Shown here piece after piece: positions 54,668-62,708 of a stretch of 64,000 nucleotides of DNA (positions within the stretch are counted from its first letter, which is position 1; every line of letters begins with the position of its first letter). The notes beneath the pieces were generated by a model, which did no database searches, was not told the DNA's origin, and worked only from the letters and a program-made list of their open reading frames with translations. The DNA comes from Catenulispora sp. (GTDB lineage Bacteria; Actinomycetota; Actinomycetes; Streptomycetales; Catenulisporaceae): NCBI GenBank assembly GCA_013361685.1, contig JABFXP010000051.1, positions 78,013-142,012 on the forward strand. The letters run 5' to 3'. The position numbers were made by a program, and so were the translations under genes.

Positions 54668-54870
54668 AACGCAGAGCGTAGGAACACCACTGCGCCCCGC
54701 GACCCCGAAACCGCGAAACGTCAAACGATCGAGACCACAGACAACCGCCCACCACCAGCACGAGAACCCACGAACCCCGCCATACCAGAATCCTGACCAG
54801 CCGATTCAGGATGAAAAACTCTCACTGATTACAGGGCGTTCGGGTTTCCTGCAGACCGGCTCCCCACGCC

Positions 54871-56181
54871 TCAGCGATCCTGGGACGTCTCGCCGTGCGA
54901 GTCGTGTCGGCGGTGTTCCTGCTCGTCATGCTCCGCAGCTGCGGCGTGCGCGCTGTCGTCGGCGGCCTCGTGGCCATGCCCCTGGTGTACGGCCTGCAGA
55001 CCTCCGGCGTGGCCCATCGCCTCGTGCGAGCCGTGGTCGTGCGCCATGTCGTCGGGGCCGCCGCCCATCATCTTCAACATGGCAGTACCGCCGGTGCGGA
55101 CGAACCGCACCGCCAGCACCGCGGCCAGCACCAGGAAGGCGATGTTCAGCCAGGTGGTGTAGTTCCACGAGACGCCGTCCATCGGCAGCTTGGCCGACGC
55201 GGAGTCCGGGACCAGGCCCAGCCCGCCGAAAATCAGCTCGACGGCGTATCCGGCAGCCGCCATCGCCACGAAGAACGTGGCCAGCAAGAACGCCGCCATG
55301 CGCTTGCCGTAGTACTTCTTGTAGATGTTCAGGATGGGCAGGATGATCAGGTCCGCGAAGATGAACGCGGTCACGCCGCCGAAGCTGATCCCGCCCTTCC
55401 ACAGCACCACCGCCAGCGGGACGTTGCCGATCGAGCACACGAAGCTGACCACGGCGACGATCGGCCCTACCAGCGGTCCCCACACCTTGGCCAGGTCCGG
55501 GTGCCCGGCCAGGAAGAAGTGCTGCCAGAACGAGTCCGGCACCCAGGCCGCGATCCCGCCGGCGATCAGCAGGCCGCCGACCAGGTCCTTCCAGATCGCC
55601 GCCCATTCCATGACGAAAACGTGCGACACCGAGGTGAAGCCGCGCCCGGACAGCAGCCGCTTGGCGAACGAGCCGTCGCCGGACACCGACATGTCCATCG
55701 CCGCGTGCCCCTCCATGGAGCCGGCGATCCCGAGCTCGGCATGCTCGCTCGCCTGGCGCAGGAGCCTGTCCCGCAGGAACAGCCGGAACAGTACCGCCAG
55801 CACCACCATCATGATCGGGCCGCCGACCAACTCCGCGGCCGTGAACTGCCAACCCATCAGCAGCGCCAGGATCACCCCGAGCTCGATGACCAGGTTGGTC
55901 GAGGCGATCTCGAAGGCCATCGCAGCGGTGAAGTCCGCGCCCTTGCGGAACAGCGACCGGGCCAGCGCCACCGCCGCGTAGGAGCAGGAGGACGACGCCG
56001 CACCCAGGACCGAGGCGATCGCCAGGGTCTTGGGCCGGTCATCGCCGAGCAGCCGGATGACGGTGGACTTGCGCACCACCGCCTGCACCACCGCCGACAG
56101 CGCGAAACCGAGGATCAGCGCCCAGGTGATCTCCCAGGTCATCGACCCGGCGATGGACAAGGCATGTCCGATCGCGTTCAT
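54871..56181 (-). CDS. PF03773/UPF0718-type permease (ArsP/YraQ-like) with His-rich C-terminal tail
   Basis: ATG at 56181 after a GGGAGGAG RBS. Blocks LGAASSSCSYAAVALARSLF and VCSIGNVPLAVVLW. The tail HDHGSHEAMGHAGGLQAVHQGHGHEAADDSAHAAAAEHDEQEHRRHDSHG has 13 His in about 50 aa. Confidence 0.8.
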   Translation of the reverse strand: MNAIGHALSIAGSMTWEITWALILGFALSAVVQAVVRKSTVIRLLGDDRPKTLAIASVLGAASSSCSYAAVALARSLFRKGADFTAAMAFEIASTNLVIELGVILALLMGWQFTAAELVGGPIMMVVLAVLFRLFLRDRLLRQASEHAELGIAGSMEGHAAMDMSVSGDGSFAKRLLSGRGFTSVSHVFVMEWAAIWKDLVGGLLIAGGIAAWVPDSFWQHFFLAGHPDLAKVWGPLVGPIVAVVSFVCSIGNVPLAVVLWKGGISFGGVTAFIFADLIILPILNIYKKYYGKRMAAFLLATFFVAMAAAGYAVELIFGGLGLVPDSASAKLPMDGVSWNYTTWLNIAFLVLAAVLAVRFVRTGGTAMLKMMGGGPDDMAHDHGSHEAMGHAGGLQAVHQGHGHEAADDSAHAAAAEHDEQEHRRHDSHGETSQDR

Positions 56182-56233
56182 GGAATCCACTCCTCCCGGC
56201 ATAGCGCACGACTGACTGGACACCGGCAACCAT

Positions 56234-56250
56234 ATACCCCCCCAGGGTAT
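56234..56250. promoter_or_regulatory. CsoR-type operator upstream of the His-tailed permease gene
   Basis: ATACCC-CCCCA-GGGTAT inverted repeat, 53-69 nt upstream of the start. 14 of 17 positions are identical (in gene orientation) to the box upstream of csoR. Confidence 0.55.
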
Positions 56251-56411
56251 TCCGGACGCGAGGCGGTTCGTGATCTTCAGCATGCTAGCGGCAGCCGCCG
56301 CGAGCCGCTGTGCCGCGAACGGGCATGCCGACGCCGGCGCGATCGCAGCGTTCTTCGGCCGGTGACAGGCCGGCGGAGGTCATGCCCGCGGGCGTGCAGG
56401 CGGCTCAGTGC

Positions 56412-57674
56412 TCATGTCGCAGCGGCCAGCGTCCGGGCCGCCCAGGCCGGTGTGCGGGTCAGGACGGCCAGGCCCGCAGCGGAGGCCAGGCCGAGGACCG
56501 TCAACCCGAGCCACGGCAGCGCCGGGTGGCCGGAGACGCGGGCCGCGTCGGACAGCGCGCCGGCGCCGAGAGTGCCGACGGTGATGCCCAGGCCCGTGAT
56601 CGTGCTGTAGACGCCGTAATGGGTCGCCACCAGTCGGTCGCGCGCCAGGCACGTGATGGTGTTCATCTCGAACGGGTACGCGATCGCGGTCGCCACTGTG
56701 AGCAGTAGCGCGCTGGTCACCGCCGAGGCCACCGCAAGCGCCTGAGCGTACCCGGGGCTGACGGAGCCGGTGAAAGACTCGGCCGCGGCCGGCGGCAGGA
56801 ACGCCACGGGCATCAGGGTCACACCGGCCAGCAGCGCCTGCGCGGGTGTCAGGACGGTGCGGCACCAGGCGGTGATGCGGACCTGTCCGGCCAGGCCGGC
56901 CGCCCCGGAGGCGATGAACATCGCCGTGACCGCGGCCTGTCCGCCGCCGTGGCCGGTGACCAGGAGCGGGAGCATCAGGTAGATCTGGAAGGACAGGATG
57001 TAGGAGCCGGTCATCGCCGCGGCGAAGCCCAGGAATGTCCGGTTGCCCAGCGCCGCGCGCCACCCGGCCGCCATCGATGGCGGCCGGGCATTCGATTCAG
57101 CGGATTGTGGCGGGAGCCGCCGCAGCTGGGCGACGGTGAGCGCGGCGAACAACCCGGACGCGGCCAAGGCGGCGGTACGGAAGTCGACGCCGGTCAGGGC
57201 CAGGCCCAAAGGCGGCCCCAGCAGGATCCCGGCCTGGTAGAACACGTTGAAGGTGGCGAACGCCTCCACTCGGCGCTTTCCGGCCTCGCGCGCGAGGTAG
57301 GAGCGTACCGCCGGGTTGAACATGGCTCCGGCCAGACCGGTGAGGACCGATCCGGTGATCAGGCCAGGCAGGTCGCCGGCCAGGCCGAGCAGCGTGAACG
57401 CGACGACGCGCAACCCGCATCCGGCGATGATCAGGTTTCTGCTGCCGTAGCGGTCGGCCAGAGCGCCGCCGAGGGCGAACATGCCCTGCTGGGACAGGTT
57501 GCGCACGCCCAGGATCAGCCCGACGGCCCAGCCGGCCAGCTTCAGGTCGCCGGACAGGTGCCCGGCCAGGTAGGGCATGAGCAGGTAGAAGGCGATGTTG
57601 ATGGTGAGCTGGTTGACCATCAGCAGCCGGGCGGTGGGGCTGAAGGAGCGGTAGTCCCGCCACAGGCCGCGCAT
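56412..57674 (-). CDS. MFS transporter
   Basis: 420 aa from the ATG at 57674 (MRGLWRDY...). Motif ALADRYGSRN. TGATG overlap with the upstream PLP-enzyme gene. Confidence 0.85.
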   Translation of the reverse strand: MRGLWRDYRSFSPTARLLMVNQLTINIAFYLLMPYLAGHLSGDLKLAGWAVGLILGVRNLSQQGMFALGGALADRYGSRNLIIAGCGLRVVAFTLLGLAGDLPGLITGSVLTGLAGAMFNPAVRSYLAREAGKRRVEAFATFNVFYQAGILLGPPLGLALTGVDFRTAALAASGLFAALTVAQLRRLPPQSAESNARPPSMAAGWRAALGNRTFLGFAAAMTGSYILSFQIYLMLPLLVTGHGGGQAAVTAMFIASGAAGLAGQVRITAWCRTVLTPAQALLAGVTLMPVAFLPPAAAESFTGSVSPGYAQALAVASAVTSALLLTVATAIAYPFEMNTITCLARDRLVATHYGVYSTITGLGITVGTLGAGALSDAARVSGHPALPWLGLTVLGLASAAGLAVLTRTPAWAARTLAAAT

Positions 57675-58834
57675 CAGAGCTCCGCCGCAGCTGTCGCCGA
57701 GGCGGTCGCGGTGCGCGGGTCGAGAACGGTGGTACAGCGGGTCCAGCAGATGGCCTCCCGCTCGCCGGGGTGGCTGATCTCCTCGGGTTCGGCGGGCACC
57801 GCGGCATGGAGCAGCTGCTGGCTGCGGCAGTAGTCGTCGTCGAAGACGGTGTGGGCATAACGGTGCGGCCCGTCGGGGAAGATCGCGGCGATCCGGGTTC
57901 CGGCCGGGCGGGTCCGGGCGACCCATCCGGCGACCAGGGCGACCGCCCCGACGCTCCAGCCGCCGCTGGCGTAGTGCGCGGACGCAAGAGATCTCGCGCT
58001 GGCGACGGCTTCGCCGGGGGCGACCCAGTGGACCTCGGTGAAGGCGGCGTAGTCGACGTTGCGCGGGTGGATGGAGCTGCCCAGCCCGCGCATCAGCCGG
58101 GGCCGGGCCGGCTGCCCGAAGATCGCCGAGCCGATCGAGTCCACACCGATCACCTGCAGGCCCGGCAGCGCCTCGCGCAGCGCGCGGGCCGCCCCGGCCG
58201 AGTGGCCGCCGGTGCCGACGGCGGCCACCAGCACGTCGAGGTGCCCTAGCTGGGCGAGCAGTTCACGGCCCAGCGGGAGGTAGGAGTCGGGGTTGTCCGG
58301 GTTGTCGTACTGGTTCGGGCACCAGGCCGTCGGCGTGGCGGCCAGGTGGTGCAGCACCCGGTCACGGCGGGCCTGCTGCCACCCGCCGACCTCGTGCGGT
58401 GCGGGCACCACATCGATCGTCGCACCGTAGGCCGACAGCAGGCGGCGCATCGACGGCTCCAGACCGGGGTCGGTGACCAGCGTGACCGGGTGGCCGTGGG
58501 CGATCCCGGCCAACGCCAGGCCCAGACCCAGGGTTCCGGAGGTCGATTCCACCACCGGAGCCCCGGGAGCCAGATCGCCTCGGCGCCGCGCGGCCTCGAT
58601 CAGGTACAGGGCACTGCGGTCCTTGATGCCGCCGGGGTTGGCGCCCTCCAGTTTGGCCCAGAAGCCGCGGCGCGACCCGGGTTCGCAGGGGACGAACACC
58701 ACGGGTGTGTTTCCCACCGCGGTCGCGATGCCGCCGACCGGAACACCGGGCTCCGCTGTCTGCGTATGTGGACCGGGGACCGGGGACATGGTTTTCGGCA
58801 TGGGTGTAGCGAGGGTCATGAGATGGTCCTTCAT
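57674..58834 (-). CDS. PLP-dependent cysteine synthase/CBS family enzyme with about 60-aa C-terminal extension
   Basis: PLP-lysine motif [14 protein letters not shown], glycine loop [12 protein letters not shown], and [11 protein letters not shown]. Alternative start at 58819, which has an AAGGA RBS. Confidence 0.8.
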   Translation of the reverse strand: MKDHLMTLATPMPKTMSPVPGPHTQTAEPGVPVGGIATAVGNTPVVFVPCEPGSRRGFWAKLEGANPGGIKDRSALYLIEAARRRGDLAPGAPVVESTSGTLGLGLALAGIAHGHPVTLVTDPGLEPSMRRLLSAYGATIDVVPAPHEVGGWQQARRDRVLHHLAATPTAWCPNQYDNPDNPDSYLPLGRELLAQLGHLDVLVAAVGTGGHSAGAARALREALPGLQVIGVDSIGSAIFGQPARPRLMRGLGSSIHPRNVDYAAFTEVHWVAPGEAVASARSLASAHYASGGWSVGAVALVAGWVARTRPAGTRIAAIFPDGPHRYAHTVFDDDYCRSQQLLHAAVPAEPEEISHPGEREAICWTRCTTVLDPRTATASATAAAEL

Positions 58835-58977
58835 CAGGTGTCCGGCCGCGCGCGGCCGAAGAAGCGGATCGGAGTGCCGGAATCCGTCCTCACAGCACCG
58901 CCCGAGGCCACTGCCGCGATCATCGAAACGATCGGCCGGCGCCGGCTCAGGGTGCGCGAAAGGACGGGCCTTCGCGC

Positions 58978-59373
58978 TCAGATCCGCCAGACCATCAATG
59001 ACGGTCGGGCTTTGGCCGGTGGATCGGCCGAGGCCGGTCGCGGAGTCGTGCCCGATGCCGCGACGATGGGTTCCGGGCCCGCGACAGCGACGGGCTCTGT
59101 CTGCCCGATGGGGAGCCCGGTGCCAGCCGCCGGCCGGACCTGGGCCGGCGCGGCGGCGCTGTGACAGCAGCTGTCGCCGTCGTCCGCCCGCGGGGTTTGC
59201 CACTGGGCTGCCTGACCGGCAGCCGTGACGACCGCAGCCGGCCGAAGATCGTCGAGGCCGTTGTGGTCGTGGCTGTGCGAGGCCGCGCAGTGCGCGAACA
59301 CGAGCCCGGCCAGCAGGGTCACGACCAGCGCGAGCGGCCGCGCCGCCGCCTTCACGTCCGTGTCGCCTGCCAC
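58978..59373 (-). CDS. DUF6153-like secreted/membrane-anchored Cys/His-rich protein
   Basis: N-terminal hydrophobic helix ending ...[20 protein letters not shown], then DDGDSCCHS. Coding status is less certain than for its neighbours. Confidence 0.4.
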   Translation of the reverse strand: MAGDTDVKAAARPLALVVTLLAGLVFAHCAASHSHDHNGLDDLRPAAVVTAAGQAAQWQTPRADDGDSCCHSAAAPAQVRPAAGTGLPIGQTEPVAVAGPEPIVAASGTTPRPASADPPAKARPSLMVWRI

Positions 59374-59503
59374 GGTGGTGATGGTGCCAGCGAGGCGCCA
59401 CGGTGATCGCCATCAACCCGTCCTGCGCCGCCGTGTTCACTCCATCGGCGGAACGACCCTTATCGTGGAGCCTGCAAATGGCGGTCGGCGAGGGGTGCGG
59501 GAC

Positions 59504-59920
59504 GTGAGCGGGAAGTCGCAGGCCGATGTGGATGTGCTGGTGTGCCGGGGTTGTTGTTGCGGCACCGACAAGCATCCCGATGCAGGCCACGCCACCCAAC
59601 TCGATCACCTGCGCGAAGCGGTGGCCGACGCTCCCAGTGCCCGCCTGTTCGTCGCGGACTGTCTGGGGGCGTGCGAGAACTCCAACGTCGTCCTCCTGCG
59701 CCGTCGCGGTGCTAGCGCGGGACGGCGGCGTCTTTGGTTCGGCCAGGTCCTCGAGTCGGAGGACACCGCGGCCATGTGTGTCTGGATCCGTCAGGGCGGT
59801 CCGTCCGCGGAAGACCCAGCTGTCCGCGCGGCGCCTGCCAGGTTGGACCGGCTGCGGATCGGCGAGCCGCGCGAAGCCGACACCAGCCGGGTTCGCGCCG
59901 ACAAGTCGGGTCGCGGCTAG
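59504..59920 (+). CDS. Cys-rich thioredoxin-like ferredoxin-type protein
   Basis: [11 protein letters not shown]...[15 protein letters not shown] resembles the (2Fe-2S) thioredoxin-like ferredoxin/DUF1636 pattern. GTG start is uncertain. Confidence 0.45.
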   Translation: MSGKSQADVDVLVCRGCCCGTDKHPDAGHATQLDHLREAVADAPSARLFVADCLGACENSNVVLLRRRGASAGRRRLWFGQVLESEDTAAMCVWIRQGGPSAEDPAVRAAPARLDRLRIGEPREADTSRVRADKSGRG

Positions 59921-59980
59921 AGTGACGTCGACGCGCTTGACGACATCATTCTGTGATCACCTGACGGCACGCGAGGACCG

Positions 59981-60463
59981 ATGACCGACCCGACGCCGCA
60001 TCCCGCCGCGCCGCCGATACGGCGAGCGTGGCAGAGGGCTGTTTTGGTGTTCGCGGTGCTGGTCGGATTCTTCCTGATGCACGGAGTGTCGGCGGTCGGC
60101 AGCGCGGGCTGTCATGGCGGGATGTCTCCTAGCCTGTCGGCTCAGTCGTCCCACGTGATGGGTTCCGGGATGATCGCCCCCGTGATGGCTGCTGGGGTGG
60201 TGCAAAGCGATCCGGCATCGACGCCGGCGGTGACGGCTGAGGACAAGGCCGACGAATCCGTGGTGACCGGCGATTCGTGCATCCCGCTGCGACCGGACGG
60301 TCTGAGCGGGCTGTTGCTCGCACTCGGCCTGTGCGTTGCAGGGCTGGCATGGCGCCTGTCGGGCGTCGCGCGAGTGATCGCAGGCGTTCGACGCGGATCG
60401 GCCCACGGCCCACCCCGATCCGGGACAGATCTACTGTGCGCTATGGGCGTGTGCCGGACGTGA
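59981..60463 (+). CDS. DUF6153-like membrane protein
   Basis: AVLVFAVLVGFFLMHGVSAVGSAGCHGGM, then a second TM LLLALGLCVAGLAW. This family is recalled from actinobacterial copper loci. Confidence 0.55.
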   Translation: MTDPTPHPAAPPIRRAWQRAVLVFAVLVGFFLMHGVSAVGSAGCHGGMSPSLSAQSSHVMGSGMIAPVMAAGVVQSDPASTPAVTAEDKADESVVTGDSCIPLRPDGLSGLLLALGLCVAGLAWRLSGVARVIAGVRRGSAHGPPRSGTDLLCAMGVCRT

Positions 60464-60551
60464 CAGGACCGCGCCGCCGGGAAACCGGCGGTGCCGCCGC
60501 GTCCTGTTCACCGCGCGATCGCGCGCCATCAGAAAGTCGAAACCAACTTCC

Positions 60552-61493
60552 ATGCGTACCTTCACGCACCGTCGCCTCATCCTGCCCATCGTGTGCGCCG
60601 CCGGGTTGTCCCTGGTCGCGGCCTGTGGCAGCTCCAGCTCCAGTTCGCACGGCGGCTCCGGAATGCCGGGGATGACCATGCCCTCGTTCGCCGCCACGTC
60701 GCCATCTGGCGCGACTGCTGGCGCCGGCACCTCGACCGCATCGTCGATGCCCGGTATGGACATGGGCTCCGAGCCGATGCCTACCGGCGACGGCCTGACC
60801 GCCGGCAGCCAGGGCTTCACCTTCGCACCCACGGCCTCGACGCTGGGCTCCGGCGGCTTCTCCTTCCGGATCCTGGGCGCCGACGGCAAGCCGGTGACCG
60901 CCTTCGAGCCGGACCAGACCAAGCTCATGCACTTCTATCTGGTCCGCTCGGACCTGACCGGCTTCCAGCACGTCCATCCGACCATGGCCGCCGACGGGAC
61001 ATGGACCGCGCCGCTGACCGCCGCGGAACCAGGCGCCTACCGGGTCTTCGCCTCATTCATCACCAAGGGCGCAGACAGCAAGCCGGTGGCGCTGGTGCTG
61101 TCCAGCCCGGTCACCGCACCCGGCACCGCGAGCTCGAGCCCGCTGCCGGCACCGGCACCGTCCACCACGGTCGACGGCTACACCGTCACCGTCGATGCCA
61201 GCCAGATGATGGCGGGCATGGCGATGCCGCTGAAGGTCTCGATCAGCAAGGGCGGCACACCGGTCACCGACCTGCAGCCCTACCTGGACACCTACGCCCA
61301 CCTGTCCGCCTTCCACGCCGGGGATCTGGCCTTCGCCCACCTGCACCCCGAAGGCGCGGCCGCGACCGGGACCGGCGGGCCGGACCTGACGTTCCAGGCG
61401 AGCCTGCCCAAGCCCGGCGACTGGCGACTGTTCGTGCAGTTCCAGACTGGCGGCGTGCTGCACACCGCGGCGATCACGGTGCACGTGGGCTGA
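60552..61493 (+). CDS. Met/His-rich metal-binding lipoprotein
   Basis: Lipobox LVAAC. Met motifs GMPGMTMPS and SMPGMDMGSEPMP. His-containing beta-rich domains FQHVHP and FAHLHPE. Confidence 0.7.
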   Translation: MRTFTHRRLILPIVCAAGLSLVAACGSSSSSSHGGSGMPGMTMPSFAATSPSGATAGAGTSTASSMPGMDMGSEPMPTGDGLTAGSQGFTFAPTASTLGSGGFSFRILGADGKPVTAFEPDQTKLMHFYLVRSDLTGFQHVHPTMAADGTWTAPLTAAEPGAYRVFASFITKGADSKPVALVLSSPVTAPGTASSSPLPAPAPSTTVDGYTVTVDASQMMAGMAMPLKVSISKGGTPVTDLQPYLDTYAHLSAFHAGDLAFAHLHPEGAAATGTGGPDLTFQASLPKPGDWRLFVQFQTGGVLHTAAITVHVG

Positions 61494-61595
61494 CCAGCGC
61501 GGCGATCTGCGGTGCCACCCGCTCCGCGGTGGCACCGCGGAGCGGGCCCGTGATCGGCATCACTTCCAGTACAGGCCAGGGCCATACCTTCTTAC

Positions 61596-61612
61596 ATACG
61601 GTAGGGGGGTAT
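61596..61612. promoter_or_regulatory. CsoR-type operator upstream of csoR-copZ
   Basis: ATACGG-TAGGG-GGGTAT, 48-64 nt upstream of the csoR ATG. G-tract-containing pseudo-palindrome resembling known CsoR operators. Confidence 0.55.
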
Positions 61613-61659
61613 GGTTATATCCCCGAAGCACGGTCCCGCCGATCAAGGAGGAGGCAGAC

Positions 61660-61947
61660 ATGGACGGACACGGCTACACCGCCCGCAAGGACGACTACCT
61701 TAAGCGGCTTCGTCGGATCGAGGGCCAGGTCCGCGGCCTGCAGAAAATGGTCGACGAGGACAAGTACTGCATCGATGTCCTGACGCAGATTTCCGCGGTC
61801 AACAGCGCCCTTCAGTCGGTCGCGATCGGGCTGCTGGAGGAGCACATCGCCCACTGCGTCGCCGGAGCGGTCGCCGAAGGCGGCGACACCGCGACGGCGA
61901 AGGTCAAGGAAGCCACCGACGCTATCGCGCGGCTGGTCCGCTCCTGA
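61660..61947 (+). CDS. csoR: copper-sensing transcriptional repressor CsoR
   Basis: RLRRIEGQVRGLQKMV, YCIDVLTQISAV and EEHIAHCV (the C-H-C ligand set). AAGGAGGAGG RBS. Confidence 0.9.
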   Translation: MDGHGYTARKDDYLKRLRRIEGQVRGLQKMVDEDKYCIDVLTQISAVNSALQSVAIGLLEEHIAHCVAGAVAEGGDTATAKVKEATDAIARLVRS

Positions 61948-61996
61948 CCTTCCGCACCGCCGATACGAACCGCTTGAACCACCTACGGAGGAAACG

Positions 61997-62323
61997 ATGA
62001 CCGAGCTCACGCTCGTACCGGCCGAGGAAGCCGCCGGCGGCTGCGCCTGCTGCGCGGCGCCGACCGATGACACCACCGCCTCGAAGGAGAACCCTGTGAC
62101 CGGCTCGACCACCGACCACACCGTCACCGTCTACACCGTGTCCGGCATGACCTGCGGACACTGCGTGAAGTCGGTGACCGAGGAAGTCAGCGCCATAGCC
62201 GGGGTCAGCGCGGTCGAGGTGGAGCTGGCCACCGGCCAGGTCACCGTCACCAGCTCCGCGCGGCTGGCCGAAGCGGATGTGAAGGCGGCCGTCGACGAGG
62301 CGGGCTACCAGCTCGTCGCCTGA
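61997..62323 (+). CDS. copZ: copper chaperone (HMA domain) with Cys-rich N-terminal extension
   Basis: VSGMTCGHCVKSV HMA motif. N-terminal extension contains GGCACCA. Confidence 0.85.
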   Translation: MTELTLVPAEEAAGGCACCAAPTDDTTASKENPVTGSTTDHTVTVYTVSGMTCGHCVKSVTEEVSAIAGVSAVEVELATGQVTVTSSARLAEADVKAAVDEAGYQLVA

Positions 62324-62406
62324 TCCAGGGCGCCGGCGGCAGACGCGGGCTCCGAACCGCGCCTGCCGCCGCTGGTCTGCCCACCCGTCGTTGAAGGAGC
62401 AGCCCG

Positions 62407-62649
62407 ATGTCCACGCCGTCGGCCTTGACGACCGTCGCCGCAGATCCGCTGGACACCTCGCGGATCGAGCTGGTGATCGGCGGGATGACGCTGTTCTGGG
62501 CCTTCGCCTACAACATCGCCGCGCTGCCGCTGGCCGCCGCCGGTCTTCTCAACCCGCTGATCGCCGGGGCCGCGATGGCGCTGTCGTCGGTGTTCGTCGT
62601 CTCCAACAGCCTGCGGCTGCGCCGGTTCCAGACCGGTCTCACCGACTGA
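62407..62649 (+). pseudogene. copA: copper P-type ATPase (CopA) remnant: in-frame internal deletion joining the first 28 codons to the last about 50
   Basis: IELVIGGMT (start of the HMA motif GMTCxxC) runs directly into [46 protein letters not shown] (the last TM helices). The native GAAGGAG RBS is retained. Confidence 0.75.
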
Positions 62650-62708
62650 CCGGCAGCGTCTCCGTTCTCCAAGAGCCACACATCCCGATGGGTTAGGAAG
62701 GGCACCGA

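Larger units (their letters stand above)
53010..54813 (-). mobile_element. insertion sequence (about 1.8 kb) with two ORFs and long imperfect terminal inverted repeats
   Basis: The ends share catcctga...gatcgtc-type repeats with each other and with the defective copy at 46388-47031. Encodes a DDE_Tnp_4 transposase and an upstream accessory ORF. Confidence 0.7.

Noticed and set aside
54895-56610. 571-aa (+) ORF antisense to the PF03773 permease gene. ORFs of a similar kind also occur at 40544-42574 and 11473-12219.
   Set aside because: Low-complexity Arg/His/Gln/Pro composition. They overlap well-supported genes. Only the in-frame C-terminal parts (the ABC-2 permease from 41750 and the ABC ATPase from 12220) are real.
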